Shown piece by piece: positions 51,088 to 64,000 of a stretch of 64,000 bases of DNA. The translations under genes were made by a program, and so were the position numbers. The notes under the pieces were generated by a model. It searched no databases, was not told the DNA's origin, and was given only the letters and a program-made list of their open reading frames with translations. Source of the stretch: Octopus sinensis (lineage: Eukaryota); contig NC_042999.1 of NCBI RefSeq assembly GCF_006345805.1, positions 54,684,001-54,748,000 on the forward strand. The letters are read 5' to 3'. The stretch's first letter is position 1; every line of letters starts with the position of its first letter.

Positions 51088-51824
51088 GAATAAAGATTTA
51101 CTTATTTAATGCTTTTATAAAATGTTCTACTATTCTATTTTTTCTTTTCTTATTTTAAAACATTCACTTTATCATTGTCCATATCGCTAATTGTCTCGTC
51201 GCCAAATTTCTCGCGGCGAATTTTCGGGACACGGTTGAAATCTATACAAAGATAATCAGAGAGTTTGTAATTGCTTTTTGAAGCGGTTACGTATAAAATC
51301 CCTCTAAACTAAGAATATCTGGGTAGGAGAAGCAAATAGTTATAAGAGTAGAATCAGGAGAGTGACAGACAGAATGTTGAGTTGTATTTATTAACTTTCC
51401 TTTAGATTCCAAGTTTAAATTCCACCGAGATGGGTTTTTCTTTGGGGATACTCGAATCGACAGAACAAAACCCGAGGAAAATAATTAGATCACTATAATA
51501 GACCGTGTACCCAATGTACCCACCCAACTGGGGACACGTTTCGATTTATCCCTGTATTAGAAATATTTTTAATTTCTTTTTGTTGTTAATGATGATGTTG
51601 CTTAACTCCAAATGAACACACTTATGATCAAAGATATTCCAACCATGGCCATCTCGTCTTTTTTTAGGCGATATACGTCATCCAGTGTATATTTCCTTTT
51701 TTTATGAATGCTAGATTTGTTTTTGAAGGAGGCTAGCTGCTATTACTAGTAAGTCAAATGACGGCGTAGAAGCTCCCTCGCTGGAGCCGAACTCCCGTGA
51801 AGAGTTCATATACATAACAGTGAA

Positions 51825-52165
51825 GGCGACGGTGAGCTGGCAGAAATGTTAGCACACCGGGCGAAATGCTTCGCGGTATTTCGTCTGCCGCTACGATCTG
51901 AGTTCAAATTCCGCCGAGGTCGACTTTGCCTTTCATCCTTTCGGGGTCGATAAATTAAGTACCAGTTCCGCACTGGGGTCGATGTAATCGACTTAATACC
52001 TATGTCTGTCCTTGTTTGTCCCCTCTAAGTTTAGCCCCTTGTGGGTAATAAAGAAATAGGTATTTCGTCTGCCGCTACGATCTGAGTTCAAATTCCGCCG
52101 AGGTCGACTTTGCCTTTCATCCTTTCGGGATCAATTAAATAAGTACCAGTTGCGTATAGGGATCA
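51825..52165 (+). mobile_element. Family B SINE dimer
   Basis: Junction AAAGAAATAGG-TATTTCGTCTG; both units share the variant GCTACGATCTGAG. Confidence 0.92.
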
Positions 52166-52787
52166 TGGCAATCTACATTCTGTACAGACATGTATCTCTG
52201 CAGACCCCACCCCCAGTAGAAAGACAATAATTATTGCATTATTGCATGGTTGGCAGACATAATTCTCTCAGATGACAACGATAGTTTTATTGCTTTGGTG
52301 GGGAGGGTGTTGATAAAGGTATCCTTTGAGTGGCTAAAATCGAAGTAAACTTTGGAATATAAACTCATTTCTAAGTTGAATATAAGAAGGGATTACAGAT
52401 ATGAAGTTTCATTTTCTTGGGTACCGTATTAGTTTTACTTATTTAGAGCGATTCTATTCAAAATTCTTGGAGGCATTGAGTGAGTGAGTGAGTGAGTGAG
52501 TGAGTGAGAGAGAGAGATTTGTCATTATTTTCCAACTTTCTATAAGAATATCAGCCAATATATTCTGATCAGATTGAAGGCAGACTTTTTACTTTAATTT
52601 TGGCTTCTTACTGGTCTTTTCCCAGAATTCAGTTCTCCCCAAAATAGATGATTTGGAATGCCATAATCTTGTACGAACTCTATGGCCTGCATCAGTCTGC
52701 TACGCTGCAAGAGAACTTTTGTACTTTATACACAAACACCCACTTTCTAATAAACTCCACCCGAAAGCAGGCCTTATTTTGTTTCTA

Positions 52788-52822
<35 letters not shown>

Positions 52823-53261
52823 CTACCCTTTCAGCTAGTATGACCTCATCATCCTATGACGACATCTTGCACTTCTTTTCCCTATTTCCCCACCCCTTCA
52901 TTCTCTTACATTACATAATCAGTAGTTACTCTCACCACCACCACCAAGTCTCTAAGTCATTTATCTTAATCAGTGTCTGGTCTAGTTTATTTTCAATTAC
53001 CTCTTTATTTCATCTGTGCCACCACTTTCTTAATGAGCTAGGGTTATGAGTGTGACTATTACGCGCGGCACTGGCACACTGGCTGCAGTCATTTAAAGTG
53101 TGCCACTACACCCTGCCCATTAGTTAGTGCCATGAAGATGCTCATAATACCAACTTGAACAGTATCTTTGTAATACTGTTTTATAATTTTTTACGAAATA
53201 CTTGCATGATCTTTTTTAATTCATAAATTTAATTTGTTCATTAAATATTTTTTTTCTTATA

Positions 53262-53673
53262 TTCTTTTACTTGTTTCAATCATTTGACTGCGGCCATGCT
53301 GGAGCACTGCCTTTAGTCGAGCGATTCAACCCCAGAACTTATTGTTTGTAAGACTAGTACTTATTCTATCGTCTCTTTTGCCAAACCGCTAAGTTATGGG
53401 GACGTAGAACACTAACATCGGTTGTCAAGCGATGTTGGGGACACACACAAATACGTACGTACATACATACATACATACATACGTACGTACGTACGTACGT
53501 ACGTACGTACGTACGACGGGCTTCTTTCAGCTTCCGTCTACCAAATCCACTCAAAAGACTTTGGTCGGCCCGAGGCTATGACACTTGCCCAAGGTGCCAC
53601 GGAGTGGAACGGAGCCTGGAGCTACGTGGTTGGGAAGCAAGCATCTTACCACACGGCAGCGCCTGCGCGCGCC
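53262..53673 (-). mobile_element. Family A SINE with internal (TACG)n
   Basis: Full length, reversed. Confidence 0.9.
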
Positions 53674-53687
53674 TATGAGAAAAAATG

Positions 53688-54090
53688 GGCGCAAGCGTGG
53701 CTGTGTGGTAACAGACTTGCTTCCTAATCACAAGGTTTCGGGTTCGGTCCTATTGCGTGTCACCCTGGGCAAATGTCTCTTACTATAGCCTCGGGCTGAT
53801 CAAAGCCTTGTGAATGGATTTGTTAGACGGAAACTGAATGAAGAACGTCGATAATAAATATAGGTGTGTGTGTGTGTGTGTCTGTCTGTCTGTCTGACTT
53901 CCCACTATTGCTCGACAACCGGTGCTGGTGTCTTTAAGCTTAGCGGTTCGGCAAAAGAGAGCGATATAATAAGTATCAGGTTTCAAAGACATAAGTACTG
54001 GAGGTCGATTGATTCGACTAAAGATTCTTCAAAGGCGGTGCCCCAGCATGGCCACAGTCTAATGACTGAAACAAAGAAAACTTTAAAGAT
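53688..54090 (+). mobile_element. Family A SINE, head-to-head with the previous copy
   Basis: Full length. Confidence 0.88.
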
Positions 54091-54169
54091 AAAATTTAGT
54101 AAATAAATATATATGACGCTATGTTTGGCAACAGCATGCACCCTGGCATGCAGTAGTCAACGGTACCAT

Positions 54170-54545
54170 AGACTGGGGGTGGGTAAGAAACTTGCTTCTC
54201 AGCCACATGGTTCCGGGTTCAATCCTACTACGTCACACTACGTTGGACAAGCGTCTTCTATAGCCTCAGGCCGACTAAAACCGTGTGAGTGGATCTGGTA
54301 GATGGAAACGGAAAGGTGTGTGTGTGTGTGTGTGTGTGTGTGTCCATTACTACTTAACAACCGGTGTTGGTGTGTTTATGTCCCCGTAACTTAGCGGTTC
54401 GGCAAAAGAGACCGATAGAATAAGTACTAGATTTTTTTTTAAATAAGACTTGGGGTCGATTTGTTCGACTGAAAAAAAAAACTTCAAGGCGGTGCTCCAG
54501 CATGGACGCAATCATATAACTGAAACAAGTAAAAGAATAGAAGAC
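54170..54545 (+). mobile_element. Family A SINE
   Basis: Body and tail recognisable. Confidence 0.88.
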
Positions 54546-55549
54546 TAGTTCTCTTCATGACTGTGATATATGTGAAAGATAAAGAACATCGGTCGAGAGA
54601 GACGTCAAAGTACATTAAGACGTCTGTTCTAGTTCACCATTCCAATTGTTTAACCCAGTAATTACTAGCACACAAAACTCTGAGACATCATTAAATGTTT
54701 TTAAAACCTTTAACTCTATAAACCCTTTTCTGAAGCAGTTCGTGTCTGAGATGTGCCCTACTTTGCAGTTCTTTCGGCTGATATCTAGGTTGAGCTCTTT
54801 TGAATCATTCTTAATTAGACATTAAAACAAAAACTATAAATTTACTGTTGCGTAGAACTTTCCTATGTTTTAATGTGTGTACTTTTAGTAGCGGTCTTAA
54901 TATATCTTTTAGGAGTTTTATTGTCCTCTTTAATGAAAGAATTAAGTTTTTGTGATGATTTTTTTTGTCGTATGAAAGGCTGCAAATATCACATATATTT
55001 TCATTTTATTTCCAAACAAATATAGATGGCAGCACAAGAATTAAGGAGTACTTTATAATGATTTCCAGAATGTATAGTCAACACTATTATAACGTGTACC
55101 TTTCCGAAAATATAATCAAGGATTTTTAGCGGTAGGAGTGGGACATAGGAGGAGATCGATCATACAGGGTTATGAAACGGTCGGTTTCATTAATTTATCA
55201 TCATTTAAAGACGACGAGCTAGCAGAACGTAAAAAAACGGACAAAATGCTTAGCAGCATTTCTTCCGGCTTTTTACGTCCTGAATTCAACGTTTGCCGAG
55301 GGTAGTTTTGCCCTTTATTCTTCTGTCGGTCGATAGAATAAATACGAGCCGAACAATAGGATCGCTGAGGATCGCCGAGCACAAGGAACGATGATATCAA
55401 CGTACTCTCTCACCCATCTGAAACTGCGGACTTTGTGCCAAAATTTAACATTGTTTGAATATATTGAACAAAAGATTCTCTGTTTTGTAAAATACTTTTA
55501 GAAAACCTACCAAACTTTTAAAAGTTCCTTCCACAAGAAGAAATAATAG

Positions 55550-55865
55550 ATGCAGGCGTAGCTGTGTGGTAAGAAGTTTTATTCCCACCACATGGTTCCG
55601 AGTTCAGTTCCACTGTGTGGCACCTTGAATAAGTGTCTTCTACTACAGCCCTAGGCTGACCAAAGCCTTGTGAGTGGATTTTGTAGACGGAAACTGGAAG
55701 AAGCCTCCACCACCACTTGACAACTTGTGTTAGTTTGCTTAGGTCCCTTGTAACGTAGCGGTTCGACAAAAGAAACTGACATAACCTAAGTACTGAGGTC
55801 GTTTTGTTCGACTAAGACTCTTCAAAGTAGCGCTCTATCATGGCCGCAGTCCAATTACTGTAAAA
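55550..55865 (+). mobile_element. Family A SINE, diverged
   Basis: Head, core and tail present. Confidence 0.82.
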
Positions 55866-56976
55866 GGGGAAATAATCTCGTATTAGTGCCAGACAACATT
55901 TGCTGACAATTATCTTAAATTAACAGTTTACAAGTTGTAGTTTTTATTTAAAAATTTATAAAAGAAAAACAATTATTCTATTTTTAATCTTTCATCGGAT
56001 AAATAATCCAACATTTTGTGTATTTTGTTATAGAGTCGAGGAGTAGCAGTAACCTGCACTACACATCATAGTATAAGTCCACAAATGCAGCGATCATAAA
56101 ATCTTTTATACTGTTCTCCGTAAGCGAAATACACCAGCGATTAGCAGATTCGCATTCAAGTCTGTCGGAACGCATTAATGATAAATATGTCGTCGTATAT
56201 GAATTTTTACCAGTTTTTCTTTCAGACATACGGCTTTTAGCTTCTTGTCGGTCGGTAACTGAGTCGAAGTTGGTTTACTATAAATACAAGCCTCGCTTTG
56301 CTATTCTTCATGGTCACAGGAAATACATTCATACTTGCAGAGATTAATAATTAATTCCATGTGTTCTATTTCTTGTGTAACGTATTTCCTTGCTAACTTG
56401 ACGAGATACGTTCAGGAACATCGAGCCAACACCATTTCAGTGCTTATTGCTGTTGAAACCAGCACTGTAGTGCTTTCCTTCGTTATCTTACGTGCGCGTC
56501 TATGCGAGTGCATGTAATATTCACGCATGTAAATGCTAAACATCCTAACAATAATAATAGTACTTGATACGTAAATGTAACGAGCTAACGGCAGTTGTTT
56601 ACACCCTCTAATATTTTGTATACATACGCCTGATATGTTACCCAGCAGGGTCTCCACCTACAGGATCGAACAAATACTCTATACACGTAAATATTCCTTA
56701 CATAATTTCTAAACGTATCTCTCCCGAACACATAATCTAAAACCTATTTCTACTGTCTATAGCGTAGCTATCTCTCACGTATTATACACAACGTAGCGAT
56801 CTCCGACCTGCTGCATACAACGTATCTGTCCAAAATATACTATATGTTACATAGCTGTTGTTTTTATTCGCACAAGGTGTATTCAGCCAGCAGTGTTCTC
56901 TCCACTCAGGGGAATCGCTGCTGAGATGCATGTGCGTTGCACACACTCAAACATGCATACATGTTATTCATACGTA

Positions 56977-57433
56977 GGCGCAGACGTGGCTGTGTTGTAA
57001 GAAGCTTGCTTACCAACCACATGGTTCCGGGTTCAGTCCCACTGCGTGGCCCCTTGAGTAAGTGTCTTCTACTATAGATTCGGCCCAACCAAAGCCTTGA
57101 GTGAATTTGGTAAACGGAAACTGAAAGAAGCCCGTCGTGTACATGTATGTATGTATGTATGTATGTATGTATGTATCTATCTATCTATATGTTTATATAT
57201 ATATATATATATATATATTGTGTGTGTGTTTATATGTCTGTTTGTCCCCCCGCCATCACTTGACAACCGATGTTGGTGTGTTTACGTCCCCGTAACTTAG
57301 TGGTTCGGTAAAAGAGACCGATAGAATAAGTACCAGGCTTACAAAGTATAAGTCCTGGGGTCGATTCGTTCGATTAAATGCAGTACTCCAGCATGGCCGC
57401 TGTTAAATGATTGAAAACCAGTGAAAGAATAAA
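56977..57433 (+). mobile_element. Family A SINE, full length
   Basis: Canonical structure. Confidence 0.92.
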
Positions 57434-57814
57434 GTATGCATGTATATGACCCATTTTGTATATGTACATATATATATATGTGTGTGTTCAGATAGAATGC
57501 CTCCATTCTTTGTTCCCTTATTCTCCGACCTAATTCCCCCGCACCAAGGTCAACCTTCCATGTAGTCTTCCCGTAAGAGTTTTATTTATTTTTATTTGTT
57601 TGCGGTTTATTTCCTACGAAACATAATTTTCCTGACAAACCCTTTCCCGCCCCCAGTCATGACTTTCGTCTGAAAATCCGAGTGAATTTCTGTTTTCAGC
57701 AATGTCTGTATATGTGTACATGCATCTATGTATATAGGCACGCATGCGCATGTATGTATCTATGTATGCATGTATGTAGGTGTATTGTATTCTAATATTA
57801 TATGTGTATGTCAA

Positions 57815-58077
57815 GGTGCCGAGCTGGCGGAGTCGTATGCATGCCAAACAAAATGCTGAGCGGTATTTCGTCTGTCGTTATGTTGTGAGTTCAAATTCCG
57901 CCGAGGTCGACTTTGCCTTTCATCCTTTCGGGGTCGATAAATTAAGTACCAGTTACGCACTGGGGTCGATGTAATCGACTTAATACCTATGTCTGTCCTT
58001 GCTTGTCCCCTCTATGTTTAGCCCCTTGTGGGTAATAAAGAAATAGGTATAGGAGGGGGAACAAAGATACACACACT
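57815..58077 (+). mobile_element. Family B SINE with extended 3' end
   Basis: Tail continues ATAGGTATAGGAGGGGGAACAAAGATACACAC. Confidence 0.9.
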
Positions 58078-58222
58078 ATAATATGAATGAGAAAGGAAGG
58101 GGTGATGGCAAACTGATAGTGGGAACGTTTCAACTGTGTGTGTGTGTAATGGAAGTGGAATGGTGAACATTCAACGCTGAAAAGAAAAATCAAACAGCGC
58201 TTCAACTCAGTGTGAGTATATG

Positions 58223-58253
<31 letters not shown>

Positions 58254-58259
58254 GCAGCA

Positions 58260-58492
58260 ATGTTTTGACATGCCGATGCCCCTCATCCCTACCTTCGATG
58301 ATGGAAGAGGCAGCGAACGCGGTGTTTTGTGATTGGCTGAAAATTCTGGAAATTATCAAATTTTGAACACCTGTAACATTTCAGGAATAAATGAATAACA
58401 AATTCGGATTCAGCGTCAAAAATTACATCTATATGATACATAAAAAAAAAAAATTAAGAGAATTGTAAACAGTGACGAAAATGATAAAGATC
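58260..58492 (+). mobile_element. Right half of the 31806-type MITE
   Basis: Homologous to 32183-32422; ends GTAAACAGTGACGAAAATGATAAAGATCC. Confidence 0.82.
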
Positions 58493-59068
58493 CTTTCTCC
58501 GAAATAAAATCCTGCAGCGAATGCCTTTCACGTTTTAATGTTGCGAAGCATCTATACTATAGTAAATGTTAATAAATGTGTGCGTGTCTGTGTATGAGAA
58601 AGAAAGCGATATATATATATATATATATATATACAGAGAGAGAGAGAGAGAGAGAGATTAGTGTGTGTTTTGTGTTTGTTGGTGTGAATGAATAGCTGCG
58701 GAGATATTCACGGAGAACAGACAATGCTTCTGTTGAACGAATAAGTGACAAAGCCGTCTGATACAGAAGACCTTCGTTCATTCTAAATAACTGGAGTGAA
58801 GAAAGTGTTCTAAACATAGCCGAGGCACTTTAATTGCGCTGACCTCTACATAGCTGCCCCTGACATGATGAAATCTAGTCGACAATTACTTCTTGTGTTT
58901 GTTTAGAGGTCAATTTAAAGTTCACTCGGTCAACGATGTCCTTCCACTGCAGAAGCCATTGCTTTTACCTAGAGCTTCTGACGGCAATTTATGTCACCTC
59001 GATAGACGCCCGTTTAAACAAGCACGCATGCGCAACAACACTGGCAAATATTGACACATAAAAACCGC

Positions 59069-59100
<32 letters not shown>

Positions 59101-59394
59101 CTTTTCTCTTTCTTATACATACACCTTGTTTCGCCTTCAAATATATACACATTCTTAAAATCGTTGACATGCACACGCACAATTTCATAGATAATGTGTT
59201 TCGCACTCTTCCATTATCTTATCGAGACGCTGACACACGGACAAACAGTTACACGCACACACACACAACAGATGCGTATGGAGTCCCATATCGTTGCTCT
59301 ATAATCGAAACAACACATCCCGGTTTGTCGTTAGACTGCGGCCATGCGAAGGGAATTTTAGTCGAATGAATCGACCCCAGTATCTATATTTTTC

Positions 59395-59640
59395 GCCTGG
59401 CAGAAACGTTAGCACGCCGGGCGAAATGCTTAGCGGTATTTCGTCTGCGTTACGTTGTGAGTTCAAATTCCGCCGAGATCGACTTTGCCTTTCATCCTTT
59501 CGGGGTCGATAAATTAAGTACCAGTTACGCACTGGGGTCGATGTAATCGACTTAATACCTACGTCTGTCCTTGTTTGTCCCCTCTGTGTTTAGCCCCTTG
59601 TGGGTAATAAAGAAATAGGTATAGGAGGGGGAACAAAGAT

Positions 59641-59650
<10 letters not shown>
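59395..59650 (+). mobile_element. Family B SINE with the same extended 3' end
   Basis: Same 3' extension as 57815-58077. Confidence 0.9.
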
Positions 59651-59698
<48 letters not shown>

Positions 59699-59704
59699 CA
59701 CATG

Positions 59705-60295
59705 CTCTTAAACTGGGCCGGACATGCGTGGCTGCGATCTCACTTTAGTTGCCGGGTCTTCTCAATCACAGCATATCTTCAAAGGTCTCAATCTCCTGTC
59801 ATTGCCTCTGTGAGGCTCAGGCAATGACAGGAGACCGAGACCTTTGGAGATATGCTGTGATTGAGAAATGCCGGCAACTAAAGTGAGATTGCAACCCGCA
59901 TATCCGGCCCAGTTTAAGAGTACCCCTGATGCGTCGGGCGATATGATATGCTTGAGAAGACCTGTTGAGTCAAGTAAAACCATTATCATAGCTGTGGCCA
60001 GTGGCTCCCGTGCCAGTGGAACGTAAAAAGCACCATGTGAACTGGCCCCCGTGATGGAGGCATGTAAAAAGTACTATCCGAACGTGATCGATTCCAGTAC
60101 CCCCCGTCTGGCTCCTGTGCCGGTGGCACGTAAAAAGCATCCACTACACTCCCGGAGTAGTTGGAAGGGCATAGAAACTGTAGAACATTGCCAGATCAGA
60201 CTGGAGCCCAGTGTAGCCTCCTGGTTTGCCAGTCCTCAGTCGAACCGTCCAACCCATGCCAGCATGGAAAACGGACGTTAAACGATGATGATGAT
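59705..60295 (+). mobile_element. RTE-derived element with ~100 bp 5' fold-back and (GAT)n tail
   Basis: Plus strand reads AMTGDRDLWRYAVIEK (RTE C-terminus); inverted arms 59705-59807 and 59819-59920. Confidence 0.82.
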
Positions 60296-60296
60296 A

Positions 60297-60460
60297 TACG
60301 CCAGGATTCTTTCAGTTTCCATTTATCAAATCCCACTCACAAGGCTTTGGTTGGTCCAAGGCTATCGTAGAAGACACTTGCCCAAGGTGCCACGCAGTGG
60401 GACTGTACCCGGAACCATGTGGTTGGGAAGTAAGCTTCTTACTATATGGCCATGCCTGTG
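60297..60460 (-). mobile_element. Family A SINE 5' half
   Basis: ACTTGCCCAAGGTGCCACGCAGTGGGACTG. Confidence 0.85.
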
Positions 60461-61319
60461 TAGTAAGAAGCATATAATGTACGCTGGCATATGTGTGTAT
60501 ATATAAGACTTTTCGGATTAGTACCAGTAATTATATACATACGAAGAACATGTATTTAAAGATAAATATGTTTTAGGAATTTTGTAGGAATTTACAAAAC
60601 TAACCCTTTTCCTTTTATGTAACAGAGTAACAGTGGACTTTTATAACCATGAATTATAACAGGGGGAAGTGTTTTAGAGGATTAGTAAACAGGGGCACGT
60701 TGTAACAGTAATATAGTAACAGGGGTGGATTCTTCCGCCCTACTAAGCAGTTTTTATTTATTCTTTTCGTCTAGTCAGGAAGCCCATTATTCCAAAGTGG
60801 TGTTGCTAGTCTCATCTCCGACCATGAAAATAAGCGTGTGTGTGTACACGCACATGCGCACACACATCTATCGACCTAAGTATCTACCTATTTATGCAGC
60901 CATCAATCAACCAGTATTTAGATATACTCAATAGATATGCCGTCTGCCATAAACTACTGTACCTATCTACCACTGCTTGACATCGGGGAAATTTAAAACA
61001 TATTAAGATCTTTCAAGTACGCCTCTATATGATCATTTGATATGCTAGAAATAACAGCCAAGATTGACACATTTAATAATGTGAGAAGTGATAGTTATAA
61101 CAGTGGACTGTTGTATATAGCAGAGTCTGAAATAGAAAATAAATATACAGCCTGGTCACGCTGTTGATCACAGTTCTGCTACGGTGACGCCTGGTGCTAA
61201 AAACAACAACTCTGTATGGTCGAACTGTAAAATATCTACAAATAAATGGCTGGTTTATGTTCTGAAACTATTGAGTTAATGGTGTTGGGATTCATTATAC
61301 TTACCCAACCAACTCACCC

Positions 61320-61440
61320 ACCTCTCTCTCTCTCCCTCTCTCTCTCTCCCTCTCTCTCTCTCTCCCTCTCTCTCTCCCTCTCTCTCTCTCTCCCTCTCTC
61401 TCTCCCTCTCTCTCTCTCCCTCTCTCTCTCTCCCTCTCCT
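61320..61440. repeat. Polypyrimidine (CT)n/(CTCTCC)n tract
   Basis: Directly visible. Confidence 0.95.
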
Positions 61441-62489
61441 CGTTCTTAAAATACTTTTAGATTCTCTCTCCTTGTCCGGAAATACATCCCGCTCTTTAAT
61501 TTCCCTTCCGGTTCACATGACCCCTGCCAGACACAATTCAACCAAACAACAACAACAACATCCAGTTATATCATGGTTTTTCAGTTCAAGAAAGACATAG
61601 AAATGTTTCCTGTATTTCCTCAATTCTTTGATTAACCAAAGCAACAAAATATTCTTGGCCCAGTCAGACGAACCAACTCTGACAAGGCGTGGGCGGCTTT
61701 TACTTGGCCACTCAACTTGCTAGAAATAGCAGCCAAATCTTTAAATCACCCTGTTTTTTTGCTATTTTTTCTTTAGTGGAAAGTGTTTAGGTTGAAAGCA
61801 GAGGAAAGGGATGCTAGCACGTCGTATTGTTGACCTCCAAATACCACTGGTACTAATATTTGACTTTGTGTACTGGAGCAACGTAAAAGGAAGCACACTG
61901 CGAAGATTACAACACGTTGCTCCCGCTGAGAATCGAAAGTACGACCTAACGATCGTGAGACTATCACCCTAACCACTGAGCCACGAGTCTTCGCTTTCAA
62001 ATCATTCTACCATCTTAAAAAGAAAAAGAAAGCACTGAATAATTTAGACCTGGAGACGTTATACGTTAATAGCAGATGGGATGGTCACGGCTGGAATACT
62101 TTTGATTATAGTTCGGTTCGATGAACGCTGATGAGGTTAAACAGCAAAACACTTGAGCCAGAACTCAGCTGATTTTGTTTAGGGGACTTACCTCCCTAAC
62201 TTATTTGTGCTTATTTATAAATTTTTTTTATTTGTTACAGGAGCAAGGCGGCGAGCGGGTAGAATCGTGTCGGATAAAACGCTTAGCGGCATTTTTCCGG
62301 CTCTTTATATACTGAGTTCAAATCCCACTGAGATCGACTTTCTCTTTCATCCATTTTGGATCGGTAAAATAAAGTATCAGTTAAATAATTGGCTCGTTCT
62401 CTCCCCCTAAAATTACTGACTGTGAACCCTGCACCCTGCAACGGACCAGCGGTGGAAACAAGGCCATACCAGTCCTAGGTCAGGCGTGG

Positions 62490-62880
62490 GGTTGGGTGGG
62501 GTCATGCGCCGTTACAGCGCGTTGTTGATTCACCCTTTGTCGGCATATTCCTGGGTCCCTTCCGGGTGACCCATCAAGCAATCCCAGTCAATCCCCCCAC
62601 CTCTTCGCGAAATACCCCGCCATCTGTCGTCACTATGTGGTATGTGGTCGACCAACACAAACCGTCAATCCAGCCAGGCTCTCAGTGAAGAGAACATGGT
62701 AAGCAGGTTCTATCTAACTCGGAAAATCATGCAACATGGCGAAACAGTCTGCGTTGGTGCTCCCGAATCATACGAGAGTAACAGGACGCATCCCAGTTTC
62801 TGAAAAGAGTGCTTGGATGTGAAATCCGACCAATGGTAACTCATAATCTGGCGAAGCGTCCTGGTAAAGTTTTCCATCCA
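62490..62880 (-). mobile_element. Decayed RTE-clade LINE 3' end
   Basis: Minus strand frames give TRTLRQIMSYHWSDF..ETGMRPVT..IREHQRRLFRHVA..GRPHTT, typical post-RT RTE motifs. Confidence 0.7.
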
Positions 62881-63219
62881 ACGTCCCGCTAGTTCTGTGC
62901 GATCCTCCTATATATCTACACACTCCACTAACCAAATCCAGAGTAGATTATTAGGGCATAGTTAATAATAAATGGAGGGGAGGATTTTGATGCTAAAAAG
63001 TAGAAGGGTGACGAGAAGTGGAAGTTGTTAATTAAGAAGTTGAACTGACGCGACATGAGAATGTTTCCCCACAAAGAAAATACCTAAACATTTCCCTCGT
63101 GTTCGGTGCCGTGCCAATTTGAAGAAATGATTCAGGCTTGAAAGAAATGGTTAGGTTGTCTGTTTGCAAAACGTCATTTCATAGCTTGAAACAAAGTTAT
63201 TGTTTTTTTGGCAGAGTTT

Positions 63220-63314
63220 ATGGTTGTTCGTGAGGCAACTACACACACACACACTTCAACACTGATACCGATTGTTTTAGGCGTATCTGTGCATGTATGT
63301 ATGTACATATACAT

Positions 63315-63353
<39 letters not shown>

Positions 63354-63884
63354 ATATATATATAGTGAGAGTGAGAGAGAGATTCGTGTGTGCGTGACAT
63401 TCGCTTATGTAAGTATGTATATGTACGTTTTCTGTGTATTCATGTATGGATGTATCTGTATTTGTAATTATTTAAATTCTTCTTAAAACGTACGCAGTTT
63501 CGTTTCTAAGACAAGAACAAACTGCTGTAGTTCAGATAACTGTGGTGTTGAACGTTAGTAAAGTCATACGTATATAGAGGCATGGGCGTATGTATATATA
63601 TATATATGTATGTTTGTGTGCATGTAAAGATATATTTACCTATATATGTATATGTATGTATGTGTGCGTACTTGTGCGTACGTATTTTCCTCCACAAGTA
63701 TGTACGTATGTAGGCATACTCGTATCTATGTACGTCTGTTTCTGTGGGTTTCTATTTATCAATACGTGTTATCATCTCTTAGCTTCTTTTATGTCTCTCT
63801 ATTAATCCATGGATTTATCTATCTGTTCAATCAAACATCCATCCATCCATCCATCCATCCATCCATCCATCTATCCATCTATCC

Positions 63885-63916
<32 letters not shown>
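63220..63916. repeat. Microsatellite cluster including (ATCC)n(ATCT)n
   Basis: Directly visible. Confidence 0.85.
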
Positions 63917-63917
<1 letters not shown>

Positions 63918-63932
63918 ATGATATTTGTTATG

Positions 63933-64000
63933 TATGCGTAGCCGTGTGGTAAGGGGTTTGCTTCCCAACCACACGCTTCCGGGTTCAATCCTATTGTGTG
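63933..64000 (+). mobile_element. Family A SINE head, cut by the window end
   Basis: GCGTAGCCGTGTGGTAAG..TTCCGGGTTCAATCC. Confidence 0.75.

Overview
Eukaryotic, AT-rich, repeat-dense animal DNA, not a prokaryotic locus. The SINE families, RTE/CR1-type LINE ends and extreme microsatellite load resemble coleoid cephalopod (Octopus-like) DNA; this is recognition, not a database result. Almost every entry in the ORF track is a microsatellite or SINE artefact. The one credible host coding signal is missing from the track: a signal-peptide first exon at 1926/1983-2083 (+), ending at a GTAAGT donor, with no convincing second exon in the next ~62 kb. The rest consists of three tRNA-derived SINE families (more than 45 copies), decayed LINE ends, a DD41D Tc1/mariner fossil, MITEs with clear TSDs and many fold-back repeats. 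The most interesting layer is about ten minimal type I hammerhead-ribozyme motifs of the Penelope type, in at least four sequence families. One lies in a TSD-bounded element where a tRNA-derived Pol III head reads directly into an intact hammerhead (19938-20462). Repeat boundaries were read by eye and are approximate unless TSD or TIR positions are given.
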